Source of the DNA: an uncultured virus (IMG/VR IMGVR_UViG_3300010220_000093)
Taxonomy: Duplodnaviria; Heunggongvirae; Uroviricota; Caudoviricetes
Reading direction: 5' to 3' (one strand)
Length of the DNA: 64,000 nt
Virus record (IMG/VR): IMGVR_UViG_3300010220_000093
Coordinates: 1-64,000 of that record
In this document: positions 9,205 to 19,246 of the stretch, one piece after another
Layout: every line of letters starts with the position of its first letter
Numbering within the stretch: the stretch's first letter is position 1
The notes under the pieces: generated by a model
Told to the model about the DNA's origin: nothing
Databases searched by the model: none
What the model saw: the letters and a program-made list of their open reading frames with translations, nothing else
Program-made: the position numbers and the translations under genes

Positions 9205-11858
9205 TCCTCGTCCTCGTCAACGGCGTTGCCGGCCCCGATGGTGAAGGCAGCTATCAGTGGGCTCGCCTCCAGCGCATAGGGGGTGAGCTTGCACATCTTG
9301 CTGAAGAAACCGGCGTCTTCGGCACTGTTCAGCCGGATGTGTCCGGCGCCCACGTCGGCCAACCGTTCCTTGAGCATCTTCAGCGCATTGACGGAGATGT
9401 CGGCGGTGATCGGGGTCACGCCCTCGGACGCGATCTCAATGCCGTGGCACAGGATGCCGGAATCGTTGAGCAGGTGATAGGCGACGCCGATCTTGCCATG
9501 TGTGCCGTTAAACGGGCTGGGTGGTGCGCCTTCGGGCGGCGGAGCGGGATTGCTCAGCATGGCGCGGTAAAGCTCGGTCTGCAGGTCCCAACCGGCCTGC
9601 ATGCGTTCTTGCCGCTGGCCGGTGCGAGATTTCTTGTGATCGACGATCAGCAGGTCGCCATCCGGTAGTCGCAGTACGCTGTCGGCGAAACCGCGGAGCG
9701 CGATGCCATGCCATGTGCCGCGCAAGCCGACCTCGTTTGCGACCACCTCGGCCTGCATGGCGCGCAGTGCTGTGGCCCAGTTGCGGGCGGCCAGGATCAC
9801 TTCGCGCGTCAGGCTGTCACGCTCGACCGCCCAGAGCGAGCCCTGGGCGAAAGCAGCCTTGCGGCGGATGGCCTCGGCAATGATGGGGGAGGTGCGCTCG
9901 GCGATCTCTATATCCGATGGCAGCGGCTCGCCCGGCCGGAACAAGTGCTCCAGCACGTCATGGGCTAGCGTGCCGGCGGTCATGATATCCCATTCCTGCG
10001 GCAGCCATTCCACCGGGCCGGCACCGGCTTGATCCAGCAGCCAGGCCAACGGACTGACCAGCAGCGTTTCCAGCCGGCTGGGCGATTGAGGTGCGGCCAG
10101 CCCGTCTTCGGTCTGGCGCAGCATCAGCAGGTCGCGGCCAAGCCGCACCACCCCTTCGGTCGGCAGGGTAGGCAGAGGGGTGGCGGGACCGGCCGCCCCG
10201 CTGGCACAAAGCCGATGCACAGTGGGGTCGTTACGCAGATCGCGGATCAGACTTTCTGGCTCTGTCACCGGCCGATCGGGTGCCGCGGGATCGGCGATGC
10301 AGCGCGCGATCAGTGCCAGCGCCGGGCCGGGCATCTGCGCTGATCCGTCAAGCCCCTGACGCGGGCAGAACATCACCAGCCGCTGCAAGGGCAATGCGAT
10401 CTGGCGCCGGAACAGTGCCAGATCGCACGCCAGTCGTTCCGCGCGTCCCTCCAGCCGCAACCCGATGGTTTGGGCAATGGTCTCGCGTTCGGAATCCATG
10501 AACAGGGCGGAATTGGCGGGAGGGCGCGGATAGCGGCCGTCGCTGACTCCCAGCACCATCAGGATGTGGGCCGGGCGCCATGGCGGCTCGCCGTCGCGGA
10601 TGATGCTGACGCCCTCGACGATGCGCAGGGGGGCGGGCGGTTCGGGCGTGCGTGGGGCGGCCAGCGCGGTCAGCAAGGCCCAGTCGGGCGCTGTGGCGAC
10701 ATGCAGATGCGGTCGCAGCAGGTTCAGCCGCGCTTGCATTCCGTGGCGCAGATTGTTGTCCGGCAGCAGCGCGGCAAACTGCTCAAGCCGGCGACGCAAT
10801 TCCTCGCCATCGGCGGGGCGCGGGCGGGCGATCAGCCCGGTGATCTCGGCCAGCGGTCCCTCGGCGGCGGTGGCCCAGCGGGGTTGCGCGCGCCCGTCCA
10901 GCGCCTCGCGAGCCAGCGCCGTGCCGGTTGCATCCGGCCAGGGCATGCTGGGTAGCGCATAGAGGCTGGCCACGGCCATCGCTGGCGCCGGGGTTTGCAG
11001 CGCGGAGAGCAGATGCGTCAGCGCCTCGCCCGCCAGATCCCGTTCTGGCGTGGGGTTCGGCAGGCCCGACAGGGGTACGCCGACGCGGGAAAAGGCACGG
11101 GCGAGGTGGCGGTGGCAGGCTGGATCCTCGGGGACCAGCAGGGCAATGTCTTGCGGGCGCGTGCCTTGGGCAATCAGCTTCTGCGCCATGGCGGCGCAGG
11201 CTTCGGCCTCTTCGACAAGGTCGCGCAGGCCCCAGATGGTCAGGCTGTCGTCCTGCGGCACGGGCGGCGCAGCGCTCAGTAGATGGCGCTGGACCTGTGC
11301 CAATGTGCAGCCCGGAGGCGCGCCATTCGTCAGAGCGGCCTGCTCGGCCTGCCACGTCTGCAAGGCCGCAGTTGGGGCCAGCCCGAAGCGCGCGACTAGC
11401 GCCGCGTGCAAGGAGCGGATGGCGGCGGGGGTGTCGTCGGGCAACGGCAGGTCAAGCAGCGGCAGCGGCTCCAGCGGCACGCCCTCGCCGGCGATGGCGC
11501 GGCGGATCGTGTCCAGCCCTTCGGGCAGGGCATCATCGAGCGCGCGCCAGAGGTCGAGAAGCGCCGCAAGGTGGCGCACGGCGCGGCTGTCGGGCAGGGG
11601 CGACAGGTCAATGCCATCCGGCCGCATGTCTGGTGTGGCCAGGATCAGGCCCTTCAGCTCTGCCAAAATGCTGACTGCCGTTTCGGTTGGGGCCAGCGCG
11701 AGGCTCTCTGCCCAGGGCGCATCGATCTGCGCAGCAAGCACCGACATCGGATCGAAAGGGCGGGGGCGCGGCAACAGCAACGCCTCGCGCAAGAGGCCCG
11801 GGGTCAGCGCCCGGATTGCGCCGGTAACGGGATGCGCGGTCAGCAGATACTCGATCAT
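9201..11858 (-). CDS. AddB-like degenerate-helicase / PD-(D/E)XK nuclease
   Basis: SPSRLE, GTLAHDVLE, RGFADSV..IVDHK..QTELY; no Walker A; ATGA overlap with the AddA-like gene. Confidence 0.82.
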   Translation of the reverse strand: MIEYLLTAHPVTGAIRALTPGLLREALLLPRPRPFDPMSVLAAQIDAPWAESLALAPTETAVSILAELKGLILATPDMRPDGIDLSPLPDSRAVRHLAALLDLWRALDDALPEGLDTIRRAIAGEGVPLEPLPLLDLPLPDDTPAAIRSLHAALVARFGLAPTAALQTWQAEQAALTNGAPPGCTLAQVQRHLLSAAPPVPQDDSLTIWGLRDLVEEAEACAAMAQKLIAQGTRPQDIALLVPEDPACHRHLARAFSRVGVPLSGLPNPTPERDLAGEALTHLLSALQTPAPAMAVASLYALPSMPWPDATGTALAREALDGRAQPRWATAAEGPLAEITGLIARPRPADGEELRRRLEQFAALLPDNNLRHGMQARLNLLRPHLHVATAPDWALLTALAAPRTPEPPAPLRIVEGVSIIRDGEPPWRPAHILMVLGVSDGRYPRPPANSALFMDSERETIAQTIGLRLEGRAERLACDLALFRRQIALPLQRLVMFCPRQGLDGSAQMPGPALALIARCIADPAAPDRPVTEPESLIRDLRNDPTVHRLCASGAAGPATPLPTLPTEGVVRLGRDLLMLRQTEDGLAAPQSPSRLETLLVSPLAWLLDQAGAGPVEWLPQEWDIMTAGTLAHDVLEHLFRPGEPLPSDIEIAERTSPIIAEAIRRKAAFAQGSLWAVERDSLTREVILAARNWATALRAMQAEVVANEVGLRGTWHGIALRGFADSVLRLPDGDLLIVDHKKSRTGQRQERMQAGWDLQTELYRAMLSNPAPPPEGAPPSPFNGTHGKIGVAYHLLNDSGILCHGIEIASEGVTPITADISVNALKMLKERLADVGAGHIRLNSAEDAGFFSKMCKLTPYALEASPLIAAFTIGAGNAVDEDEE

Positions 11859-14413
11859 GCGCCGGTTTCTCCTGCAAGGCCAGGTGGCGCGAAGTTCGGC
11901 GTCGCGCGGTGGATGCGGTCGATCAGCGCCTGCTTTTCGGGCGAAGGCGCAGGACGCCCCGCAGGATGCGGCAGCACGTCGCCGTGCAGTTGCGCGCGCA
12001 GTTCCAGCCAGCGCACCTTCAGCACCTGCCAGTTGTAATCGTCATAGGTGCCGCTGACTACGACCGGATGGATGCGGATGCGCGGTGGTTCGCCAGTGGT
12101 TCCGTCGTCCTGCCAAGCGCGCAGATCCTTGAGCCAGCGGCTGTTCTTGCGGTCCACCCGGCCGATCTGCTGCTCGACGATGCCGGGGTTCCATTCGGCA
12201 TGCAGCAGGACGACGGTGCGGCAGGCCTCGTGCAAGTTCAGCCCTTCGCGCCCGACGCGGGATTGTGCCAACAGCACCATCGGCCAGCTTGCTGGGCGGT
12301 TGAAGGCAGCCTGCAATAGCCGGCGCGTCTGAGGCATGGTGCTGCCCGACATCATGCGAGCGAAATTGCCTTCTCGCCCGGAATAGTCTGCGAGATAGAC
12401 GGTCAAACGGGATTGCAATGTGTCGGTGCTTTCATCTTCATCCTCGCCGGAAAGCTCCGACAGCAGGACGCGAAACAGCGTCAGCATCTCGTCTCCGGTC
12501 CAGGGCGTGGTGGGATCGGGCCTGTGCGTGTCCAGTGCTTCGAGGAGCGCTGCGATGTCGCCGTGCAGTTCGCCCTCGCCGGGTTGCAGGTAATCTACCA
12601 GCAATGCTGCGGTGCCATCTTCTTGCGCCAAGGCCTCGATCTCGCGGTGAAGGCGCGTCAGTTCAGCTTTGCGGGTGTTGGACCATTCGCGGTAACGCTC
12701 TGCCAGTATCTTGTTGATTTCCGGGATGCCGCCTTTGGGCGCCTTCAGATCCAAGTCGCGCGCTGCTGCTTTCGTGGCCGTCACGGTGTCTGTGTCCTGG
12801 TGCACGGATCTGGCAGGCCAATGATCGTTGTCTCGCACCCTGCGCAGCATCTCGCGGGCGTCCAGAAGTCGGGTTAGCGCCTGCATCGGCTTGATGAAGC
12901 GGCCGAAGACCAGCACCTTTTCGCCCTTGGCCGCGTAATCCTCGATCAAGCGCGCTGCGGCAAGAATGGCGGGATGGCTGTAGAGATCGGCCGGCTCACG
13001 GGTGAATGCATCAAGCCAGACCGAATGCGGGCCCTGCGCCTCGTCCGGATCCGCCGGTTTTTCCGCCTCGTCATCCGTGGTCATGCCGAAGCCATAGCCC
13101 TGCGCGACCGACAACCGCGCCCGCTTGACGCGCGGATCGTCCTGCGGCAGCAGCGATAGTGCCTCGGCCGCGCAGAAGCGGCGCAACCAGTCGCGGGTGA
13201 AGCCCTCGGTTTCTGGAGAAATGGCCAGATCACAGATCTTTCGGTAGTCGCCATGACAGTCATGAAAGGCGCGGAACTCTGGATCGTGCCGCTTGTCCCG
13301 GCGCAGAACATAGGGGCGCAAGCCGTCGCGAAAGCGCGCGGCTGCGGCCTCGAAGCCCGAGGTCAGCAGGTCGTCAAGTTCCTCGATTTGCAGGCGCTGA
13401 ACTTTGTCAACATAGCCGCCGATCCAGTCGAGCAATTCGCCAAGCGCCTCTATGTCCTCGCCATCGTCCCGTCCGTTGATCCGACCCAGGGTATCGATCC
13501 ACTGCTGCGAGTCGAGTTCCACCGGCGTGGCGGTCATGCCCAGACGGAACGGATCCGGTCCCTCCCAACTGACCGGGCCGAGAATGCGAGACAGGCTTGA
13601 ATCGGTGCCGCGCGCCTTGTGTGCCTCGTCCACCACGACAAGATCGAACTGGCCGAGGCCATAGCCGATCAGGGGCAAGATCTTTTGCCTGTACTCGTCC
13701 GATGACAACCATCTCTGATCCCCGGTCAGATCGTGCGGCAGGTCGTGTTTCAGGATAGTCGCGGCGATACCGGAGGCGGCACGGCGGCTGGCATGGACAT
13801 GCCCGACCTCGCCCCGATAGAAACTGTCCCGCATGAAGTTCCGGCGCCGCCCGGCGACAAGGCGCGCCACATTCGGCAAAAGCTCGCGACGCCAGCCGCC
13901 GGCCGGTCCCTCGCCCCGGCTTGGAAAACGCATCGCGGCAAAGCTGTGCGAGATCATCAGGATCGGCTCTGCCGCCCAACCCTGGGTCGGCAATTCACGC
14001 TGCTGTCGGCGATCCTGAAGCCGTTCGCGGTGGCTGCGCTTGCGCCTCTCGCTGCCCTCGGCGTCGTTCTCCTCGACGAAACCGCTTATGAACCCCTCAT
14101 AGCTGCGTAGCGGCAGCAGGGTGTGGTCGTCGGGATTGAAGCGGCGCAACTCATCCTGCCACTGCTTGCCCAGCCCTGCGGGCAGGACGATGGCGCTGCG
14201 GCCCCCGGCGCGGCGCACGGCCTCGATTAGCGCGACGGCGATGCGGGTCTTGCCCATGCCGACCTCGTCGGCCAGCAGCGCGGCGCGCTGCCCAGCACGG
14301 ATGCGGCGGGCCAGTTCGGCGAGCGTCGCGCGTTGCCCTTCGTCGAGCAAATCCGACGCCTCGTCGGCATAGCTCTCCAGCGTTTCGGCGACTTTTGACC
14401 AATCCAACGTCAT
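11855..14413 (-). CDS. SF2 (SNF2-like) helicase/ATPase
   Basis: LLADEVGMGKT, VVDEAHK, MTATP, GREGLNL, EQQIGRVDR. Confidence 0.9.
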   Translation of the reverse strand: MTLDWSKVAETLESYADEASDLLDEGQRATLAELARRIRAGQRAALLADEVGMGKTRIAVALIEAVRRAGGRSAIVLPAGLGKQWQDELRRFNPDDHTLLPLRSYEGFISGFVEENDAEGSERRKRSHRERLQDRRQQRELPTQGWAAEPILMISHSFAAMRFPSRGEGPAGGWRRELLPNVARLVAGRRRNFMRDSFYRGEVGHVHASRRAASGIAATILKHDLPHDLTGDQRWLSSDEYRQKILPLIGYGLGQFDLVVVDEAHKARGTDSSLSRILGPVSWEGPDPFRLGMTATPVELDSQQWIDTLGRINGRDDGEDIEALGELLDWIGGYVDKVQRLQIEELDDLLTSGFEAAAARFRDGLRPYVLRRDKRHDPEFRAFHDCHGDYRKICDLAISPETEGFTRDWLRRFCAAEALSLLPQDDPRVKRARLSVAQGYGFGMTTDDEAEKPADPDEAQGPHSVWLDAFTREPADLYSHPAILAAARLIEDYAAKGEKVLVFGRFIKPMQALTRLLDAREMLRRVRDNDHWPARSVHQDTDTVTATKAAARDLDLKAPKGGIPEINKILAERYREWSNTRKAELTRLHREIEALAQEDGTAALLVDYLQPGEGELHGDIAALLEALDTHRPDPTTPWTGDEMLTLFRVLLSELSGEDEDESTDTLQSRLTVYLADYSGREGNFARMMSGSTMPQTRRLLQAAFNRPASWPMVLLAQSRVGREGLNLHEACRTVVLLHAEWNPGIVEQQIGRVDRKNSRWLKDLRAWQDDGTTGEPPRIRIHPVVVSGTYDDYNWQVLKVRWLELRAQLHGDVLPHPAGRPAPSPEKQALIDRIHRATPNFAPPGLAGETGA

Positions 14414-16188
14414 GCGGCCTCATCAATCCAAAGGGATGGGCAATCGCCTAGGTTCCATGCGGATGCCACCGCAGCCAGAGCCTCATCCAGCGGGGCGGTG
14501 TCGGCACCCTCGGGGCAGAGCCGTGGGTCCGCCAGCACCGGCAGCGGGTTGGCACCGGCGTTGCGGAAAAAACCGATCATTGCCTGTTCCTGCGCGGCGA
14601 TGGCACAAAGGTTCCGGCGCAATTCGCGGCACCAGCGTTGCCAGTCGCGTGGGTCGATGCCCTTCTGGGTTTCGCCAAGGTTGACCAGCAGTCCCATCAT
14701 GCGGCGGATGGCATAGGTCGCCGGCGGCGCACTGGGTGCATCTGCAGCCTCGGTCACGGCCCCGCCGCCTTCCGGCCCATCCTCGGGCTGATCACGGTCG
14801 GGTGGCTCCGGGAAGCTGCCAAGGCCGGCCAGCACGTCCTCGACCGTCATCTCGGGTGGCAGCGGGGTGACAAGCACGCCCTCGGCGATGACCGGAAGCC
14901 GCCAGCCGTCTTCTGCGAGTGTGACGATGACAGGGGCTGGCGCGGGCCAGGGGCAGGGGGTGATAATATGAGCACCATCGGGGCCGATCACCGGAACCGC
15001 CAGATTGCCGGGCGCCGACAGCACCCCCTGATGCCAGTTCAGCCAGGACACCGGCGGCGGCGCGTCTGGCTCCTCGGGTCGGGTGAAATCCTCGCCGGCT
15101 TGCAGCGCGGCGGGTGTCGCGGTGTCGTCAAACTGGATCGGCAACAGGCTGCGGATACCCTTTCGGCCATGCCAATCCAGACCTTCCGGTAGATCGACAA
15201 CCACGCCGGCCTCAAGATTGCCGCCGGAATTGGCGGCGGTCTCGAAGCCCGCGCGACTGAGGTTGCCCGAACCTAGATAGATCCGCCCGGCAGCCTGCTT
15301 GTCGCCATGGGCCAGCAGCACGAATTTCGCATGCAGCCGGGCGTCGTCACCATGCAGCACCGATTTCGCGCGGCGCAATGTCCAGCCAGCATCATCCAGC
15401 GCCTGTGTGCGGGTCGCCAGACCCTGACAGGATTGCGGGTTCAGGAACAGGTCGAGTCGCGCCTTCCGGGTCAGCGACTTCTTTTGCAGCAGCGCCATGC
15501 GCAGACGTTCGGGAACGCCGCCATCCTCGCCTTCGGACTCGAAATAGCCCGAGCCAAGGATCAACCGATCCGCCCTGCGTCCCCGTCCGATGCGCTCGAC
15601 CACCTGCGTGTTCAGTGGCTGCGTTCGGCTGTCGATGAAGCGTGGCTCCAGCTCTGTCTTTGGCAGGGCGGCAATGGCGGTGCGCAATCGGGCGTCGGGA
15701 CGATCGCCGTCGTAGTCCCGTTCGATCAGACTACAATCCGCGCGTTCGCGCAGCCAGTCGAACATCGCCCAGGCGGCATGCAGATCAGCCGCGTCCTGCG
15801 GGTCCGGGGCCGCAGTGTTGAGGTCAATGGACCAGAACAAGTCGATGCTGTCGGTCAGTGGATCTTGTGTCCAGTTGCCGGTGCTGATGGCCAAGCGGAT
15901 GACATATCCGCCGCCACCTTGCTGGCGAAAGCCCAGCAGCGCCACCTTGGCATGCAGAAGGTTGTAGCCATCTTTCCGCATCCACATCCATGCGAGGCCG
16001 GGAATATCAGAAACGGCGTTCACTGTCGGATGGATGAAGGCGGCCAGCGCTGGCCGCGCCAGTTCTCCGGCAAAGGTCCGCCGGATTTGGCCCAGTACCT
16101 GCGGCGTCGCGGTGAAGCCGCAAAACAGGCCGAAATCGCCAAAGCAACCCTCGGGCGGCATGAACAGGGCGTAAAGCGTCGTGTGCAT
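14410..16188 (-). CDS. Phospholipase D-superfamily protein with two HxK motifs (putative nuclease/phosphodiesterase)
   Basis: LLHAKVALL...STGNWT and LHAKFVLL...GSGNLS; start refined to ATG 16188 (TGATG overlap). Confidence 0.78.
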   Translation of the reverse strand: MHTTLYALFMPPEGCFGDFGLFCGFTATPQVLGQIRRTFAGELARPALAAFIHPTVNAVSDIPGLAWMWMRKDGYNLLHAKVALLGFRQQGGGGYVIRLAISTGNWTQDPLTDSIDLFWSIDLNTAAPDPQDAADLHAAWAMFDWLRERADCSLIERDYDGDRPDARLRTAIAALPKTELEPRFIDSRTQPLNTQVVERIGRGRRADRLILGSGYFESEGEDGGVPERLRMALLQKKSLTRKARLDLFLNPQSCQGLATRTQALDDAGWTLRRAKSVLHGDDARLHAKFVLLAHGDKQAAGRIYLGSGNLSRAGFETAANSGGNLEAGVVVDLPEGLDWHGRKGIRSLLPIQFDDTATPAALQAGEDFTRPEEPDAPPPVSWLNWHQGVLSAPGNLAVPVIGPDGAHIITPCPWPAPAPVIVTLAEDGWRLPVIAEGVLVTPLPPEMTVEDVLAGLGSFPEPPDRDQPEDGPEGGGAVTEAADAPSAPPATYAIRRMMGLLVNLGETQKGIDPRDWQRWCRELRRNLCAIAAQEQAMIGFFRNAGANPLPVLADPRLCPEGADTAPLDEALAAVASAWNLGDCPSLWIDEAA

Positions 16189-17405
16189 CAGGCTGCCTCC
16201 TGCTCGCTTGCATCGCGGCATCCGGGATTGACCTGACCCTGCAACTCGGTGGCGAGGCAATGCAGGTTGTAAAGCCGAAACAGTTGCGGTGCGAAGGCGG
16301 AGTCGTTGATCGGTTGAGGCCCCTCACCGGCATCATCGCTTGCGGCCGGATCGCCGGCTGCCGGACCGAGGGCCAGATGATCGGCGCGCCAGACGACGAC
16401 CGCGCCGTCGCGCTCGGCCAGGGCTTGCAGCAGTCGGGCAGGGGGCAGCGACAGAATCTGGCCCAGAAAGGCGCGGCTCACCGGCTCGCCAGCGGCGTCG
16501 ATCCGCGCCCCGGACGCCTCGGCGATGCGGCGCAGATTCTCGATCTCGGCTTCGGCCTTACGTTCGGCTTCCTGCGACAAAAGGCGCGCGGGCAGGCTGG
16601 CGTCGCGTCGTTGCAGTAGGATCTGCTCGATGCGGTCCAGCACCTTCAGCGCCGCATCGCGAAGGTCGATGAAGGCAGCGCCGGCGCGAAGGTCGGTCCA
16701 ATGCGCGGGGTCGATCCCCGGCAATGGGTCGGGGCTGTCAAGCTGCGCGGTGCTAGGGCCGGTGCCAAGAGTGACCAGGTTGCGGCGACGCGTGGCGCCG
16801 GGATCGTCCTCATCCAGCAGGCGCGCGCGGATCAGCTTGCGGACCTCGTCCGGCACCGGCGCAACGGGCGAAAGCCGCGCGCTGAGATCCGCCAGGCCGT
16901 GCGGCCGGCCGCCACGCGCCCAGTTTGCAAGCAAGGCGCGGCCGTCCTGCATCACCGGCAGGGCCAGCATCTGCCGACCGGCATCGTGGATGCGAAATGC
17001 ACCATAGCGGCTGCCCCGCACGAATCCCAGGGCGACCAGCGGCTGCACCATGGCCATGCGGATCGGCTGCACGACATAGGTACCGCGCCGGGTCAGGTTC
17101 TGAAAGCTCCAGTCGGTCAGGCCCTGCATCTTGCGGGCGCCGCGCACCCGGCGATCGGCCGGCCCCTCCTTGGCTTGGCGCATCATCAGCGCCTCGACCG
17201 CGTTGCCGACGGGCAACGCCGGACGCCCAAGTTCCTCGGCGATCGAAACCGCCAGCACGGACCAGATCAGCGGCATCGGAAACCACATCCCGCCCAGCCC
17301 CGGCACGGACTTGTCGTTGTAATGTCGGACCGCCGCTGCAAGGCCCAGATTTTGCTGTCGCCGCTGCGAGATCACCGTATCCGGCGCCAGTATTCCCCAA
17401 GGCAT
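16188..17405 (-). CDS. Hypothetical protein, first gene of the five-gene operon
   Basis: 405 aa ORF with a GGAG RBS, coupled to the PLD gene; no motif recognised with confidence. Confidence 0.75.
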   Translation of the reverse strand: MPWGILAPDTVISQRRQQNLGLAAAVRHYNDKSVPGLGGMWFPMPLIWSVLAVSIAEELGRPALPVGNAVEALMMRQAKEGPADRRVRGARKMQGLTDWSFQNLTRRGTYVVQPIRMAMVQPLVALGFVRGSRYGAFRIHDAGRQMLALPVMQDGRALLANWARGGRPHGLADLSARLSPVAPVPDEVRKLIRARLLDEDDPGATRRRNLVTLGTGPSTAQLDSPDPLPGIDPAHWTDLRAGAAFIDLRDAALKVLDRIEQILLQRRDASLPARLLSQEAERKAEAEIENLRRIAEASGARIDAAGEPVSRAFLGQILSLPPARLLQALAERDGAVVVWRADHLALGPAAGDPAASDDAGEGPQPINDSAFAPQLFRLYNLHCLATELQGQVNPGCRDASEQEAA

Positions 17406-17450
17406 TAACTTGCTCCTGTCCTATCGTCCCGGCTCGATATGAATGACCCT

Positions 17451-17469
17451 TACATCAAATCAGGATGAT
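17451..17469. promoter_or_regulatory. Degenerate copy of the putative WYL operator
   Basis: TACATC-AAATCAG-GATGAT, about 46 nt upstream of the operon start. Confidence 0.4.
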
Positions 17470-17583
17470 TGTTCTGGGCGACCCACAAAAAGTCCATAAG
17501 GACAAAGAATTACTTCGCTAAAATCGCGCATGTTCGGGGGGCTGATCGGCAAGATTTTCCTCTTGACGATCCACGATACCGTG

Positions 17584-19152
17584 TCAGCCACCCGGATAGA
17601 TTTCGAACAGTGCCTCGGCGGCATCTGGATCAGACATGAGACGGACATGATCCCGCGCCAGGTGGCTGATGATGTCTGCTCCCTGAACCATCGTTGTCCA
17701 AGGGTGGGCCATCACCGCATCCGGGCGCATGACGCCCAGCATGTTGCCCGCAATCGCGCCCGTGGAATCGCTGTCGCCGCTATGTGTCACGGCAATCCGA
17801 AGGCCATCGGTCAGATCCTTTCCGGCGAGACAGGCATAAAGTGCGATGGCCAGCGCCTCTTCCGCCGTCCAGCCTCCGCCTAGCTGTTCAACGGTTTCCG
17901 GCTGCCCGTCACGCGGGGCGGATAGGGCGGAGCGAATGGCGGCGGCGGTTTCCTCGCCGCCGTCCAGTCGCGCATATTCGGACGCGATCCGCCCTGCCGC
18001 CTGCTCCAACCCTTCGCCTGTCGCAACATCGGCCAGCATCTCGGCCCAAGCGGCGGCCGCAAGCTGGCCGGTGATGTGCCCATGGGTCAGGGCCGAGGTC
18101 TCGATCGCCAGTTCCCGCACCCGATCGCGCGAGGCCATCAGCGCGACCGGAGCCACCCGCATGATCGTGCCGCAGCCCTTGCTGTCGTTGCGGGCGGGAT
18201 CGCCAAAACGCCGGCTGGAACCCAGTGCCGACATGCAGGTTGTGCCCGGCGCGCATTGCGCCCAAAGCCTGCGATCCTCGATCAGCCCGATCTCGTCGGT
18301 CTCGATCCGGGGTCGCCCGCCCTGCGTCCGATACCAGCGCAGAAGCGCATGATGGACGACCGAGGGCGGGTGGCAGATCCCGCGCAACCGGCCCCGGATA
18401 TGCGCCCGGATCAGGCCCTCGGCGGTGAACAGGGTCATCTGCGTATCGTCGGTGATCGCACCGCGTTGCCCGCGATAGGGAGGCAATGCGGTGAGCCTGG
18501 CCGGAAGGCGTCTGCGGATTTCCGCAAGCGACTGGAATTCAATATCGGCCCCCAGGCTGTCGCCCATGGCACCGCCGACGAGGCAGGCTTGGAGGACCTT
18601 CGCGGGGTCGGTCAAACCGGAGGCTTGCCTTTGCAGCCATTGGTCCTGTTCGGGCGTCTCGATGGCGCCGGGTCGGACGCTCCGCACCTCGGCCATAGCT
18701 GCGTCCGCCGACCATCCGCGCTCAATCATCAGCAGGGCGGCAATCGTCCCCGCGCGACCCAGCCCGCCCCGGCAATGGATCATGACCTTGCCGCCATTTT
18801 CGAGCTGCTGGTGAATCCGCCGCGACAACCCGCGCCAATGTCCTTCGCTGTCAGCGGACGGCACATCGACATCTCGGATCTGAAAGTGAAGCCATTCCAT
18901 CCCGCGTGCCCGCAGCCCTTCGGCCAGCCCGCGGACGGCGAGCGTATCGAACTCATGGTCCTCGATCAGCGTCAGCACCATGTCGGCGCCCCAGGATTTG
19001 ACCGCATCAAGATCGAGCGCCAGATCCCGCGCCCAAGGCTTTCCGAAGACGCTGTCGCCCTGTTTTCCGGGGCAAAGCGTCAGGCCGATCTGGCCGTTGG
19101 CAATAGGCAAGCTGTCGATGCGCAGCGGATGGGTGATACTGGTGCGGGGCAA
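17584..19152 (-). CDS. Fusion of a CDKN3-like dual-specificity phosphatase and an ADP-ribosylglycohydrolase
   Basis: HCRGGLGRAG (CX5R); GDSLG, TDDTQM, SKGCGTIMR, LTHGH, GDSDSTG; TTG start with GAGGAGG RBS. Confidence 0.9.
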   Translation of the reverse strand: MPRTSITHPLRIDSLPIANGQIGLTLCPGKQGDSVFGKPWARDLALDLDAVKSWGADMVLTLIEDHEFDTLAVRGLAEGLRARGMEWLHFQIRDVDVPSADSEGHWRGLSRRIHQQLENGGKVMIHCRGGLGRAGTIAALLMIERGWSADAAMAEVRSVRPGAIETPEQDQWLQRQASGLTDPAKVLQACLVGGAMGDSLGADIEFQSLAEIRRRLPARLTALPPYRGQRGAITDDTQMTLFTAEGLIRAHIRGRLRGICHPPSVVHHALLRWYRTQGGRPRIETDEIGLIEDRRLWAQCAPGTTCMSALGSSRRFGDPARNDSKGCGTIMRVAPVALMASRDRVRELAIETSALTHGHITGQLAAAAWAEMLADVATGEGLEQAAGRIASEYARLDGGEETAAAIRSALSAPRDGQPETVEQLGGGWTAEEALAIALYACLAGKDLTDGLRIAVTHSGDSDSTGAIAGNMLGVMRPDAVMAHPWTTMVQGADIISHLARDHVRLMSDPDAAEALFEIYPGG

Positions 19153-19191
19153 GGGCGCCTCCTCTAACTTGGTTCATGACTTTGTATTCCG

Positions 19192-19218
19192 TTGATACGT
19201 CATTTTCGGACGTATCAA
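19192..19218. promoter_or_regulatory. Perfect palindromic operator (putative WYL binding site)
   Basis: TTGATACGTC-N7-GACGTATCAA, about 40 nt upstream of the phosphatase-ARH start. Confidence 0.7.
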
Positions 19219-19246
19219 GCGCGGCGCGTTGACCCATTGAGTTATT

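Noticed and set aside
6058..11858. Housekeeping addAB, or Cas4
   Set aside because: Embedded in an island operon, AddB is degenerate, and there is no CRISPR context.
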